Shown: positions 1 through 8,718, numbered from the stretch's first letter. The stretch is DNA of 64,000 nucleotides from Verrucomicrobiia bacterium (GCA_035629175.1 DASPIL010000001.1:65318-129317); one strand, 5' to 3'. Numbers and translations are program-made. Notes: generated from the sequence alone by a model not told the origin.

Positions 1-49
1 GCAGTGAGCGCGTGCCTAGATTCAATGTGCCGAAGAGTCCGAGCATAAA

Positions 50-547
50 TCAGCCGATCGCGTCGTACAGCGGGCGTTGCGGCAATACGGCGCTGAGGGT
101 ATGTCCTGTTCCGTTGTAAGTCGTCGGCGCGGCGCCGGGAAACAGCGTGGAAAGAAAGCGTTGCATCAGCTCGACAACGCGGTTGAGGAGCAGGTGATTT
201 TGCCGTGCGCGCTGCTGCACGCGTATCAGGAGCTCGTTGTTTTCCTGCACGAGCGCATGGATGAGCGGGCGATATTCGGGCGGGAAATGTGGAATAAGGA
301 CGTTGAAGCTCGAATCTTCGTGGAGGTTCAACTGGACGGCGGCATGCCGGCGGCGTTGCTCGCGTTCCTCCCGCGCGGTGGCGATCGTCTCTGCCTGGGA
401 GTTGATCGCGGTGACACACTCAAGAAGATCCTGGGGTCTGCGATGCACGACTAATTCCTGTTGCAGGTCGAGCAGGGCGAGCATCTCGCCATACTCCTTG
501 AGTTCCTCGCGGAGTGATTCGATCAAATGTTGCAAAAGCTCTTTCAT
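50..547 (-). CDS. flgN: FlgN-like flagellar export chaperone
   Basis: 165 aa helical protein directly downstream of the flgI-flgJ genes. The N-terminal pattern (MKELLQHLIESLREELKEYGEMLALLDLQQELV) fits the FlgN family. Assignment rests on context and sequence style only. Confidence 0.5.
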   Translation of the reverse strand: MKELLQHLIESLREELKEYGEMLALLDLQQELVVHRRPQDLLECVTAINSQAETIATAREEREQRRRHAAVQLNLHEDSSFNVLIPHFPPEYRPLIHALVQENNELLIRVQQRARQNHLLLNRVVELMQRFLSTLFPGAAPTTYNGTGHTLSAVLPQRPLYDAIG

Positions 548-550
548 GGA

Positions 551-970
551 TTAGCTCGGGGTCGGACTGGCGAATTTGGGAGAGGTCAAAAATTTTTGGA
601 TGGCAGCGGCCGGCGCCTGGGTGGACTCATTCAAAAGCGCTGCGGGAGGGGCATCCTTGCCGCAATTCTGCCGCGAGAACTCACGCGCGAGAATCTGCGC
701 CAGGCCAACTGAGCCCGACCGGGAAATGCTGTCGGCGAGCTGGTTGTTGATCATGTCGCGGTAAATGCCGCTGGCGGTGGAATCTTCGGTGAAGGTCGAT
801 GGGATAACGGATTTGCTGGTGCTCTCAAGAATCTGCCGTACGAGCATGGCTTCGAACTGCCGGGCGGCTTCGCCGACTTTCTGTTCCTCGCTGAGCGATC
901 CATTGGCGGCGAGCCGTTCCAGTGGAACTTCAGCGGCATTGAGGTCGGAAGGGAGCGGGGCAACGTTCAT
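551..970 (-). CDS. flgJ: Flagellar rod-binding protein (FlgJ N-terminal domain only, no muramidase domain)
   Basis: 139 aa. The motif QFEAMLVRQILES...GIYRDMINNQLADSI is typical of the rod-binding (FlgJ N-terminal) family. Its start lies 1 nt after the flgI stop. Confidence 0.6.
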   Translation of the reverse strand: MNVAPLPSDLNAAEVPLERLAANGSLSEEQKVGEAARQFEAMLVRQILESTSKSVIPSTFTEDSTASGIYRDMINNQLADSISRSGSVGLAQILAREFSRQNCGKDAPPAALLNESTQAPAAAIQKFLTSPKFASPTPS

Positions 971-971
971 A

Positions 972-2270
972 TCAGCGAATGATCAGCTCCGCCTGGAGCG
1001 CGCCCGCCTGCTTCATGGCCTGGAAAATCGCCATCACGTCCCTCGGGGTCACACCGAGAGAGTTGAGCGCTGATGCCACCTTTTCGATCGTCGGCATCTC
1101 AGGCAGCGGCACGAGTGACGACTTGCTTTCGGTGACTTCCGTGGTCGTGGTGGGAGTGACGACCGTGCTGCCGGTGTTGCTGAACGGGCTGGGCTGCGAA
1201 ACGTTGAGTGTGGAAGCGACGTTGATCGTGATGTTGCCGTGCGACACAGCGCAGCTGGAGACGCGGATTTGCGAAGTGGCGACGATGGTTCCAGTGCGTT
1301 CGTTGATGATGATGCGGGCGGGAATTTCGGGCGTTACCTCGAGGTTTTCAAGGCGCGCGATGAAATCGACGGGCGAACCTTCCGTGCCGGCGGGCATGCG
1401 CACGCGGACCGATGTGGCGTCCACGGCTGAGGCGCTGTTGGTGAAGGCGTTGTTGATTGCCAATGCCAGGCGCGATGCTGATGTGAACCCTGGTTCGCGC
1501 AGCAGGAGCTCGATCGTGTTTTCACGAACGATGACGGTCGGAATCTCGCGTTCCACGATGGCTCCTCCGATGATCTGGGCCACGGTGGGATGATTCTTCG
1601 TCACAGTCGCTCCGCCGCCGCCGCCCTGGCCTGCGGAGAATCCGCCGACGGAGATGGGTCCTTGCGCGACTGCGTAAACCTTGTTGTCTGCGCCAAAGAG
1701 AGGCGTTTGCAGGAGCACGCCGCCCTGCAATGATTTCGCATCTCCCATGGACGCAACCTGCACATCGAGACGTCCTCCAGACTTGATGAACGCCGGGATA
1801 TCCGCGGTAATCATCACGACCGCGACATTCTTTGATGAAAGCGTTGTCGGCGGGACATTGATGCCGTAGCGCTGCAGCATGTTCGCAACGGTTTGCTTGG
1901 TGTAAACCGGATCCTTGTCGCCGTCGCCAGCCAGGCCAGCGACGAGGCCGTAACCGACGAGCTGGTTATCACGCGCGCCTGCGACCATGACGAGGTCGCG
2001 AACCCGCACGCCCGCTGCCTGCGCATTCGCAAGGCACAGGAGGCATCCGATGAACGCGAGCAGGGATGGCTTGAAGAGCAGTCCGTATGCGCTCGTAAAC
2101 AGGGTGCTCGCTTTTGTTGTCGCGGCCTTTGCAGAAACAGCATCACTGCTGGGTCTATGGCAGTGACCATCCGCAGAGCCGCCAAAACCGGGGGCAGCCG
2201 ACACCATGGCCGCATGCGCCGGGACCCGGCAGCCGGTTTTCAAACGAAGGGAGCGTGGAACGAGAGGCAT
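972..2270 (-). CDS. flgI: Flagellar P-ring protein FlgI
   Basis: Strong FlgI signature (VRVRDLVMVAGARDNQLVGYGLVAGLAGDGD ... PRDVMAIFQAMKQAGALQAELIIR). The track ORF extends to 2408. I chose the Met at 2270, next to the flgH stop at 2272; a Met at 2207 is also possible. Confidence 0.88.
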   Translation of the reverse strand: MPLVPRSLRLKTGCRVPAHAAMVSAAPGFGGSADGHCHRPSSDAVSAKAATTKASTLFTSAYGLLFKPSLLAFIGCLLCLANAQAAGVRVRDLVMVAGARDNQLVGYGLVAGLAGDGDKDPVYTKQTVANMLQRYGINVPPTTLSSKNVAVVMITADIPAFIKSGGRLDVQVASMGDAKSLQGGVLLQTPLFGADNKVYAVAQGPISVGGFSAGQGGGGGATVTKNHPTVAQIIGGAIVEREIPTVIVRENTIELLLREPGFTSASRLALAINNAFTNSASAVDATSVRVRMPAGTEGSPVDFIARLENLEVTPEIPARIIINERTGTIVATSQIRVSSCAVSHGNITINVASTLNVSQPSPFSNTGSTVVTPTTTTEVTESKSSLVPLPEMPTIEKVASALNSLGVTPRDVMAIFQAMKQAGALQAELIIR

Positions 2271-2271
2271 G

Positions 2272-2934
2272 TTAGAAAGGGGTGACTTTGTCCCAGATGC
2301 GGCTGAACCAGCCCTTGCGCTGGGTATCGCTGATCGTTCCCTTTGAAACGATCTGGATGGTGGCGTCTGCGACGTTGTAACTGAACACCGTGTTATTGGC
2401 CAAAACATCGTTTTCGCGAACCACGCCGCGCAGCACGACCGTTTGTTTTTCGCCCGAGAACGAAGTCTCGCGCTTGCCTTCCACGATCAGGTTGCGATTG
2501 GGGAGGACATCGATGACCTGCACTGCGACGCGCGCGATCATTCGTTCGGTGTTGGCGATGGTGCCGCCGCCGCTGAAATCATTCTTCGAACTCATCTTGA
2601 TCGCAGGCAGCTGCCCGCCTTTTGTCAGCAACCCGCTTGCAGCAGGGCTGTAGAGGAACGATGCGATGCTCGCGTCCATGGCGGATTGTTTGCTCGTCGC
2701 GGTCTTGTTGTCCTTTGACGTCGTGGTGTTCTCCTGGACAACGATGGTGATGATATCTCCGACGGCGGTTCCGCGCTTGTCGGAATACATGGGAGTGGCG
2801 CGATCCTGCCAGATGGATTGAGCAGGGACGACGCAGGGGCCAGCCAGGAGGGCGGCGACTGCGAGGCTGTTGAGGTGACGGCGTGCGCGAGGCGCGCGCG
2901 GGAGCTTAGAGCAGGAGTTGGATAGTTTGTTCAT
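2272..2934 (-). CDS. flgH: Flagellar L-ring lipoprotein FlgH
   Basis: 220 aa with FlgH-like core (GDIITIVVQENTTTSKDNKT ... NRNLIVEGKRETSFSGEKQTVVLRGVVR). It overlaps the flgA 3' end by 29 nt, so the exact start is uncertain. Confidence 0.85.
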   Translation of the reverse strand: MNKLSNSCSKLPRAPRARRHLNSLAVAALLAGPCVVPAQSIWQDRATPMYSDKRGTAVGDIITIVVQENTTTSKDNKTATSKQSAMDASIASFLYSPAASGLLTKGGQLPAIKMSSKNDFSGGGTIANTERMIARVAVQVIDVLPNRNLIVEGKRETSFSGEKQTVVLRGVVRENDVLANNTVFSYNVADATIQIVSKGTISDTQRKGWFSRIWDKVTPF

Positions 2935-3658
2935 TCAGGACCTTTCCGCGGATGTCGCGGCGCGTTTGGGGATTGCGCGCGCGAATGATCTGGCCGGGCG
3001 CCCCGTCTTCGAGGGCTTCGACCTTCATGGTGATGCTCAGGGGTCCGTCCTGGACAAGCGCATCAGCTGTTTGCCCCCGTCGAATCACGGGGCGGGCTTT
3101 AACGGAGCGCGCCAGCACAGGAGCGCCGCGTTGCAAGGGTTCGTTCAGTTCCAGCGTGGGATCGCCGGCATCGAACTCAGCGAGCGGTTCGCGCAACGTG
3201 AGCACGTCGCGGCGTTGACGATCGAGATCTGCCTGCGCGATAGGTTCGCCGCGTTTGACAGCTGAGCGGGCGACCCATACTTCCCGCCAGACCCGCGCCT
3301 GGACGGAACATTGCCAGCTTGCAACGGTTTCCGTGTCTGTGCGCAGTTCAAAGCGAATGATGAAAGTTGGCGTAACGCCGTTCGCGGGCATGTCCAGCAC
3401 CTTGATGGCGAGCGGTTCGTCGGGAACAGGGCGCGCCGGCACGGGACGCGTGAAGCGTAGTTCAAGTTCGCCGCGGTCCTTGATGTATTCGTCCTGAAGC
3501 GATGACGTGAGCAGTTCGAGCAGGTCGGATTCGGAGAACTGCCGTGTGGCTGGCGCGGGCGTTTCGGGAGCCTTCGCAGTGTCGGCCGCGCGCAGCGCCG
3601 GCTTGCCCAAAGACAGGGCGGTGATCAGGATCAATAACTGAGTGGCGAATCGCATCAT
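2906..3658 (-). CDS. flgA: Flagellar basal-body P-ring formation chaperone FlgA
   Basis: 250 aa with a signal peptide and a C-terminal SAF-like region (RGQTADALVQDGPLSITMKVEALEDGAPGQIIRARN). Position between flgG and flgH is the usual one. Confidence 0.7.
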   Translation of the reverse strand: MMRFATQLLILITALSLGKPALRAADTAKAPETPAPATRQFSESDLLELLTSSLQDEYIKDRGELELRFTRPVPARPVPDEPLAIKVLDMPANGVTPTFIIRFELRTDTETVASWQCSVQARVWREVWVARSAVKRGEPIAQADLDRQRRDVLTLREPLAEFDAGDPTLELNEPLQRGAPVLARSVKARPVIRRGQTADALVQDGPLSITMKVEALEDGAPGQIIRARNPQTRRDIRGKVLNEQTIQLLL

Positions 3659-3662
3659 GCGC

Positions 3663-4445
3663 TTAGCGTCGGAGATTGTTGCTTTGCTGCATCATTTCAT
3701 CCGCGGCCTGCACGGCCTTGGCGTTCACTTCGTAAGCGCGTTGCGCCAGGATGAGGTTCACCATTTCTTCCACGACCTTCACGTTCGACATTTCCAGGTA
3801 ACCCTGGTTGAGCGTGCCGAATCCGTTCTGGCCGGGGCTGCCGAGTTCGGGAGGGCCTGACGCGTTGGTTTCGCGATAAAGGTTGCTGCCCATGCTTTCG
3901 AGGCCGCCCGCATTGTTGAAGCGGACTAGCTGAACCTGGAAACTGGTTGTGCCGTTTGCACCGCTGTAAGTCACGTCGCCATTGGCTCCGATCGTGATGT
4001 TCGTGGTTCCGGCAGGAACGGGCTGGAATCCGCCCTGAAGCGGAAGGCCGTCGCTCGTGACGATGCGTCCATCGGCAGCGGTCTTGAAAGCGCCGTCGCG
4101 CGTGTAGGCGCGGGAGCCATCGGGCTGCTGCACTTCGAAAAATCCGTCGCCCTGAATGGCAACATCGAGCCGCTCGCCTGTTTGAGTAAGGTCGCCGGAG
4201 GTGAAGATGCGCGACGTGGCGACAGGGCGTGAGCCTTCGCCGATCTGAATGCCAGTGGGCAGGAGATTGCCCGAGCCCTGTTCGGCGCCGGGCGCCCGCG
4301 TGGTTTGATAGAGCAATTCCTGGAACTCAATCTTGCTCTTCTTGAAACCCGTGGTGTTGACGTTCGCGAGGTTGTTCGAGATGACGTCGAGGTTCATCTG
4401 CTGCGACTGCATGCCGGCAGCGGCGGAATAGAGGGAGCGGAGCAT
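3663..4445 (-). CDS. flgG: Flagellar distal rod protein FlgG
   Basis: N-terminus MLRSLYSAAAGMQSQQMNLDVISNNLANVNTTGFKK and C-terminus GYLEMSNVKVVEEMVNLILAQRAYEVNAK are canonical rod-protein motifs. Confidence 0.9.
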   Translation of the reverse strand: MLRSLYSAAAGMQSQQMNLDVISNNLANVNTTGFKKSKIEFQELLYQTTRAPGAEQGSGNLLPTGIQIGEGSRPVATSRIFTSGDLTQTGERLDVAIQGDGFFEVQQPDGSRAYTRDGAFKTAADGRIVTSDGLPLQGGFQPVPAGTTNITIGANGDVTYSGANGTTSFQVQLVRFNNAGGLESMGSNLYRETNASGPPELGSPGQNGFGTLNQGYLEMSNVKVVEEMVNLILAQRAYEVNAKAVQAADEMMQQSNNLRR

Positions 4446-4539
4446 ACTTCAGATTTGTGGCCGAACGGGGCGTGGTGCGGAAAGGAACACACCACGCCTC
4501 GCGGCGGGGACCAGGTTGATGGGCTGCAGGAAATTCATA

Positions 4540-5283
4540 TCACGATTGCGTCAATTCGGAGAGCGCCTTGCCCATGCGTTCGTCCTGCATTTGCAGCACG
4601 CGCTGGTTTGCCTCGAACATGCGCATCGATGTGATGAGGCTTGCCATCTCGACGGTGGGTGAAGCATTTGAACCTTCGAGGTATCCCTGGCGCACCTCCG
4701 TGTTGAGCGCGGCCTCGGGCTGGGCTTCCGGGCGGTCGGCAAGGAAGAAACCTGCCGAAATCGGAGTGAGCGCCTGGGGATCCTTGAATTCAACCAATCG
4801 CAGGGTGCCTTTGACGTCGCCGCCCTGGCTGACGAAACCGTTTGACGAAACCGTGATGGCGCCGCTGTTGTTGGGATCAAATTGCAGGGGGCCGCTGTCG
4901 CTGACGACTGGATAACCCTGTTTGGTGACGAGCTGCCCCTGCGCGCTCATGTGCAATTCGCCGTCGCGCGTGTAGGCCTTGTTGCCGTTTGGCAATTGAA
5001 CTTCAAGGAATCCGGGGCCATCCAGCGCGAAATCAAACTGGTTGCGAGTGGGGCGGAGCTGGCCGGGTTGAAAATTGGTTCCAGGACGCGCGGCGGGCAT
5101 CACCGTTGAAATCTGCGATGCATTCAGGGCGGCGCCGGGATGTCCGGCTTCAACGGCGCTGAAGGAGATGTCACGCTTGCGATATCCGGGGACCGAACCC
5201 GCGGTGAGGTTATGCGTAATGAGTTCCTGCCAGCGCGAGTGGGCGTTCATCGCGGCAGATGCCTGGTAGAGGCTGACATTCAT
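4540..5283 (-). CDS. flgF: Flagellar proximal rod protein FlgF
   Basis: 247 aa rod-family protein (MNVSLYQASAAM... and C-terminal LEGSNASPTVEMASLITSMRMFEANQRVLQ), immediately upstream of flgG. Confidence 0.8.
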   Translation of the reverse strand: MNVSLYQASAAMNAHSRWQELITHNLTAGSVPGYRKRDISFSAVEAGHPGAALNASQISTVMPAARPGTNFQPGQLRPTRNQFDFALDGPGFLEVQLPNGNKAYTRDGELHMSAQGQLVTKQGYPVVSDSGPLQFDPNNSGAITVSSNGFVSQGGDVKGTLRLVEFKDPQALTPISAGFFLADRPEAQPEAALNTEVRQGYLEGSNASPTVEMASLITSMRMFEANQRVLQMQDERMGKALSELTQS

Positions 5284-5292
5284 TCAGGGGCT

Positions 5293-5312
5293 GTTTAGCA
5301 GCGGATGTGCCA
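5293..5312 (-). promoter_or_regulatory. Sigma-54-like -24/-12 promoter motif upstream of flgF
   Basis: The minus strand reads TGGCACATCCGCTGCTAAAC (consensus TGGCAC-N5-TTGC). It lies about 10 nt upstream of the flgF ATG. A near-identical motif occurs at 8427-8446. Confidence 0.4.
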
Positions 5313-5437
5313 CTGGTTAAAAGCTGCCGTTTTGCAGGAAAATGAAGTGGAAAGCGGAAGAACCTTCCGGGGCAGGAGCAGTTTTTGCCGGGGCAAGGCG
5401 GGAACGGGAACGGACAGGCAGAATACGCCTGCGCGAA

Positions 5438-5707
5438 CTACGACCCGTAGACGCAGGCTAGTTCGATCAGCTGGCCGCAGCCGCAGTTCACCTGAATCGT
5501 CGTGACACGATCGCCTTCACGCAAAAGGGTGACGCGCGGCTCGCAGGCCGCGCCGTGCGTCGCCGCGACGGCTGGAGCAGACTGGCCGAGCGGGCGGAAC
5601 GGCTGGGCGTTTGCCGCTTGGGGCAGAACCGTGACGCTGGCGGAAACACCCGCGTTTGAAACAGTGGCCGCCGTCGAGAGCGGCACAAATTCACGGTTGG
5701 GATTCAT
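5438..5707 (-). CDS. Small hypothetical protein (89 aa) with C-terminal Cys cluster, in the flagellar operon
   Basis: The ORF overlaps the motB 3' end by 17 nt. C-terminus: CEPRVTLLREGDRVTTIQVNCGCGQLIELACVYGS. I recognise no family. Confidence 0.5.
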   Translation of the reverse strand: MNPNREFVPLSTAATVSNAGVSASVTVLPQAANAQPFRPLGQSAPAVAATHGAACEPRVTLLREGDRVTTIQVNCGCGQLIELACVYGS

Positions 5708-6464
5708 GGTCCTGGGAAGCGGAGGAAACGAGCGGCTGCGGCGGGTTGACCTTGAGCAGCACGGTGACGCGGCGATTTACTTCCGCGTTCGGTTCGGTAT
5801 TTGGCATCGGCTGCGTGTCGGCGAAGCCGGAAATTTTAAAAATCTGTTTTGACGCCACTCCGCTGTGCAGGAGCTTGCGGCGCGCGGCGTTGGCTCGTTC
5901 CGATGAGAGCTCCCATTTGCTGTGCGACTCGCGGCCCGTCTGCTGCGTGGCTTCCGTGTGTCCTTCGAGTTCGATGCGGAACGTTTGGTAGCGTGAAATT
6001 TCCCACGCCAATGTGGAGAACACCCATGCGCCATAAACGGTGAACACGTCGGTGCCTTGCTCGAACACGGGTTTTTGCGACCGGTCAAAGACATTGATGC
6101 GCAGCCCTTCGGGAGTGAGATCGAGTTGAACAGTGTTCTGCGCGTCCTCCATGTCGGCAAGCATGCGCGAGAGATCCTCAGTGATGTGGCGCAGCATCTC
6201 CATTTCGACGGCATTGGCCGATTGAAATTGCCCGCCGCTGTTCTTCTTCTGCGTGCTGGCGTCCTTGTCCTGGTTCGGAAGGATGCCCGTCGATTCCTTG
6301 TTCACCGCCGAGAAGGGATTGCGAAACGCACGCTCGACGGCATCCTTGATCTTCGTGTCCTGCGCCGTCAGCCAGAGGCAGAGGAACAGTGCCATCATGG
6401 CCGTGACGAAGTCGGCATAGGCGACTTTCCAGGATCCACCGTGATGAGCATGTTTTTTCGGCAT
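5691..6464 (-). CDS. motB: Flagellar motor stator protein MotB (OmpA-like C-terminal domain)
   Basis: N-terminus HHGGSWKVAYADFVTAMMALFLCLWL carries the conserved plug/TM Asp. The C-terminal region is OmpA-like (SNERANAARRKLLHSGV). Confidence 0.85.
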   Translation of the reverse strand: MPKKHAHHGGSWKVAYADFVTAMMALFLCLWLTAQDTKIKDAVERAFRNPFSAVNKESTGILPNQDKDASTQKKNSGGQFQSANAVEMEMLRHITEDLSRMLADMEDAQNTVQLDLTPEGLRINVFDRSQKPVFEQGTDVFTVYGAWVFSTLAWEISRYQTFRIELEGHTEATQQTGRESHSKWELSSERANAARRKLLHSGVASKQIFKISGFADTQPMPNTEPNAEVNRRVTVLLKVNPPQPLVSSASQDHESQP

Positions 6465-6467
6465 GAA

Positions 6468-7337
6468 TCAACCTTTGGCGGGCGCCTTGAGCGCTTTCAG
6501 CATCTGCTCGAGCTCTTCAGAGGAAGGCCGCAGATCGCTGCTCAAGCCGCGGCGTCCGATCTCGACTGCCGTGACAGGAGCCATGCCGTTGGCAAAACCC
6601 ACCACGCAGGCGGAGATGCATTTGGTGTAATCCAATTCGGCTTCGCCAATAAACTCGAGGTTCGTGGCGAGCGGATTCATGTAGCCGTAGGAAAGCAGAA
6701 TTCCGAGAAAGGTCCCGACGAGCGCTGCAGCGACGTGCTGGCCGATCATCTCCACAGGGCCGGAAATCGACGCCATCGTGATCACAATTCCGAGCACGGC
6801 CGCGACGATTCCGAAGCCGGGCATCGCGTCCGCGGTTTTCGTGAGCACGCTGACAGGCGCGTGGTGCTCCATCTCCATGCGCTGGATCTCGACGTCCAGC
6901 AACATGCGCAATTGGTCGGGCTTGATCTTGCCATCAATGATGGGCCGCAGGCTGCCGCAGAGAAACTCCACCGCGTGTTTGTTGCCTGCGAAAAGGGGAT
7001 AGCGTTTCAGGATGACGCTGTTTTGCGGCTCCATCACATGTTCCTCGAGTGCGATCATGCCGTTGCGGCGTCCGAGGAGGAACAGTTCGTACAGCACTTT
7101 CAACAACTCCTCGTAGGCAGGGCGGTTGTAGGGCGCTCCCTTGAAGCAGGTGATGATGCCCTTCACCATGTCGATGAGGACTTTCCTGGGCGACATGATG
7201 ATCAATCCGCCCAGCGCGCCGCCGCCAATGATGATCAGCTCATTGGGATGCCACAAGGCGGAGACGTTTCCGTGGCCCATGATGAAGCCACCGATAATCG
7301 AGCCAGTGACAACAATGATGCCGATGATGATGATCAT
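6468..7337 (-). CDS. motA: Flagellar motor stator protein MotA
   Basis: 289 aa, 4-TM MotA/TolQ/ExbB-type protein (GFGIVAAVLGIVITMASI, AALVGTFLGILLSYG). It is directly upstream of motB. Confidence 0.9.
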   Translation of the reverse strand: MIIIIGIIVVTGSIIGGFIMGHGNVSALWHPNELIIIGGGALGGLIIMSPRKVLIDMVKGIITCFKGAPYNRPAYEELLKVLYELFLLGRRNGMIALEEHVMEPQNSVILKRYPLFAGNKHAVEFLCGSLRPIIDGKIKPDQLRMLLDVEIQRMEMEHHAPVSVLTKTADAMPGFGIVAAVLGIVITMASISGPVEMIGQHVAAALVGTFLGILLSYGYMNPLATNLEFIGEAELDYTKCISACVVGFANGMAPVTAVEIGRRGLSSDLRPSSEELEQMLKALKAPAKG

Positions 7338-8176
7338 GACAGCTTCGGAGGAGTGGCATTGCCGGCCATCCCGGCTTCATAGCGTTGGATATAAGCGCGA
7401 ATGGACATGATGGCCTGCGAATGAATCTGGCAGATCCTGGATTCGGTCAGGCCAAACACTTCAGCGATTTCGCGCAGGTGCAGGTCCTCGTGGTAGTAAA
7501 GCGCGAGAACCTTGCGCTGAATCTCGGGCAGTTGGTTCAACCGTTTCAAGACGACATCCTTCAACTCGCGCCGGGAAGCTTCATCAACAGGGTTGTCGCT
7601 GTGCGGATTGGCCACCACCTCGTAAAGATTGCCACTGTCATTGCCATCCGAACTCGCGCTGGAATCGAGGCAGACAAACGCGGCGGGCCGGATTTCGTCG
7701 AGCAGTTCAGTGTATTCGCGCACGGGGATGTTGAGAGCATGAGCCATCTGTTCCTCGTTGGGCGCCCTGCCAAGCTTCTGTTCGAGCTGGTTCAGGACTT
7801 CCTGGACGCGCCGGGCCTTCTCATGGATCGTCCGCGGCACCCAGTCCATTCGGCGAAGTTCATCCAGCATCGCGCCGCGAATGCGCAGCCGGGCGTAGGT
7901 TTCAAAGGACGTGCCGCATGTGGGGTCGAAGTTGCGCATGGCCTGCAGCAGGCCGATCAGACCGGCGCTGTTGAGGTCGTCGTGGTCGACGTGCTCCGGC
8001 AGGGTCATGGCGAGGCGGCCCATGACGGTGCGAACGAGCGGGATGTATTGCTCGACCAGCGCGTTCTCGACAGTGGGATCGTTGCGGCGATGGTAGCGTT
8101 TCCAGAGTTCCTGCGGTGTCGGACGGACTTCGGTTGCGACGGACGGAGACTCGGTCGCGCTGGAACGGGGTTTCAT
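7334..8176 (-). CDS. fliA: Flagellar sigma-28 factor FliA/WhiG family
   Basis: Sigma-70 regions 2, 3 and 4 are recognisable (LVEQYIPLVRTVMGRL, DDLNSAGLIGLLQAMRNFDP, LYYHEDLHLREIAEVFGLTESRICQIHSQAI). Overlaps the motA start by 4 nt. Confidence 0.85.
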   Translation of the reverse strand: MKPRSSATESPSVATEVRPTPQELWKRYHRRNDPTVENALVEQYIPLVRTVMGRLAMTLPEHVDHDDLNSAGLIGLLQAMRNFDPTCGTSFETYARLRIRGAMLDELRRMDWVPRTIHEKARRVQEVLNQLEQKLGRAPNEEQMAHALNIPVREYTELLDEIRPAAFVCLDSSASSDGNDSGNLYEVVANPHSDNPVDEASRRELKDVVLKRLNQLPEIQRKVLALYYHEDLHLREIAEVFGLTESRICQIHSQAIMSIRAYIQRYEAGMAGNATPPKLS

Positions 8177-8412
8177 ATCTTGTTGTTAGGTTTGGTTGCC
8201 GGTGTTGACGGCCGCGCGTAGCGGCGTTGCTGCAGGGAGTCGCGCAAGCCATTGATCCACATCCTGCCCCACCAACGAATGAGGAGCGCACCCGCCAGAG
8301 CTGCGGCGGAGGCGCGCCAAAGGGAGGTTGGCCATGAACTCTGGCTGGCCAGCGCAAAGCTGGCACCCACCACGAATCCGACTATTGACCCTAGAATCAT
8401 CAACGACTTCAT
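8173..8412 (-). CDS. Small two-TM membrane protein, translationally coupled to fliA
   Basis: Internal Met of track ORF 8173-8598. It encodes MKSLMILGSIVGFVVGASFALAS...AALAGALLIRWW. The stop overlaps the fliA start. The longer N-terminal extension looks non-coding. Confidence 0.45.
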   Translation of the reverse strand: MKSLMILGSIVGFVVGASFALASQSSWPTSLWRASAAALAGALLIRWWGRMWINGLRDSLQQRRYARPSTPATKPNNKI

Positions 8413-8426
8413 GCGACTGCGACACG

Positions 8427-8446
8427 GTTTAGCAGGTGGTCTGCCA
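8427..8446 (-). promoter_or_regulatory. Sigma-54-like -24/-12 promoter motif upstream of the small ORF-fliA-motAB operon
   Basis: The minus strand reads TGGCAGACCACCTGCTAAAC, 16 of 20 positions identical to the flgF-upstream motif. It ends 15 nt before the ATG at 8412. Confidence 0.4.
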
Positions 8447-8718
8447 CACGTTATAAAGTTGAGCGGCACGGCTGGAATTGCGGCCGCCGCGTCGAAAATT
8501 TGGATTTTTGGAAAACTTGAGCGGAAACTCTGGGAACATTTTTCCCTGCCAGCGGGCGAGCCCTGCAATTTATGCCGAGAGGAACTTCTGGATGCCACGC
8601 GCAGCCGGTTTGCCCGGGAAATACCCCATCACGACGCGCCTCGACGCCGCCCGGGCCGCACGTAGGTTGATGCAACACTGCAGCAGTGAGGCGGTGATCA
8701 TCAAAACATTTGAAACTT

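Noticed and set aside
972-2408. Full 478-aa version of the FlgI ORF.
   Set aside because: The first 46 codons overlap the flgH coding region. A Met at 2270 abuts the flgH stop and still leaves a long leader before the signal peptide.
4469-4498. 9-bp hairpin (GGCGTGGTG...CACCACGCC) between flgF and flgG.
   Set aside because: No U-tract on the minus strand and a 12-nt loop. It is possibly an mRNA stability element but is not supportable as a terminator or regulator from sequence alone.
8413-8598. N-terminal 62 codons of track ORF 8173-8598.
   Set aside because: This is a Ser/Arg/Pro-rich non-membrane extension that contains the sigma-54-like motif. The internal Met at 8412 starts the hydrophobic protein.
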